5,069 nt of DNA from Salpingoeca rosetta (taxonomy: Eukaryota; Protista; Choanoflagellata). The translations under genes were made by a program, and so were the position numbers. Below the pieces are notes generated by a model. It saw only the letters and a list, made by a program, of their open reading frames with translations. It had not been told where the DNA came from and made no database searches. Below are positions 5,003-5,069 of the stretch, piece by piece; the stretch's first letter is position 1; each line of letters opens with the position of its first letter. The stretch lies in the NCBI GenBank assembly GCA_033442325.1, contig JAWQFM010000048.1, positions 1 to 5,069 on the forward strand, in the 5' to 3' direction.

Positions 5003-5069
5003 ATGTCACAGCGTCGTTCTTCTCCACGCCTGGCTTCGTCAGCATCGTCTGCGCCAGATGCCTCTGCGT
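5003..5069 (+). CDS. gag: gag of the second copy, 5' end only (MSQRRSSPRLASSASSAPDASA...)
   Basis: Identical to 354-420 and runs off the window. Confidence 0.85.
   Translation, partial: MSQRRSSPRLASSASSAPDASA

Larger units (their letters stand above)
4722..5069 (+). mobile_element. Start of a second, tandem copy of the same element, truncated by the window edge
   Basis: 4722-5069 is identical to 73-420, which is the LTR plus 158 bp of internal sequence (PBS, leader, gag start). Confidence 0.88.

Noticed and set aside
73-5069. Prokaryotic RT system (retron, DGR, group II intron) or CRISPR array
   Set aside because: The LTRs, Gag, protease, DDE integrase and chromodomain identify a eukaryotic LTR retrotransposon, and there are no regularly spaced repeat-spacer units.

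Overview
The window is almost entirely one compact eukaryotic Ty3/Gypsy LTR retrotransposon of the chromovirus type (73-4911, 4839 bp). Its layout is a 190-bp LTR, a tRNA-iMet-type primer binding site, Gag (CCHC knuckle), aspartic protease, RT, RNase H, integrase (HHCC, D-D35-E, GPF) and chromodomain, then a polypurine tract and an identical LTR. Three things go beyond a routine annotation. (1) The second LTR is followed by a second PBS, leader and gag start identical to the first, not by flanking DNA, so this looks like a head-to-tail tandem sharing one LTR. (2) The 72 bp of left flank read on the minus strand as the RT-connection/RNase H region of a different Gypsy element, so the array appears nested, in opposite orientation, inside another retrotransposon. 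(3) The break between the two long ORFs falls inside the conserved RT motif CVDYRxLN rather than at the gag/pol border. It is best explained by a 4-nt deletion (real or a sequencing error) in what is natively one gag-pol ORF of about 1458 aa. Smaller observations include a PPT that also encodes the C-terminal RKKGR, a 10-bp LTR hairpin over the pol stop codon, a duplicated LTR-end/PBS junction, possible extended pairing to the initiator tRNA T-loop, an intact aromatic-cage chromodomain, a divergent integrase loop, and poly-Q and poly-N tracts. The host organism cannot be established from the sequence alone.
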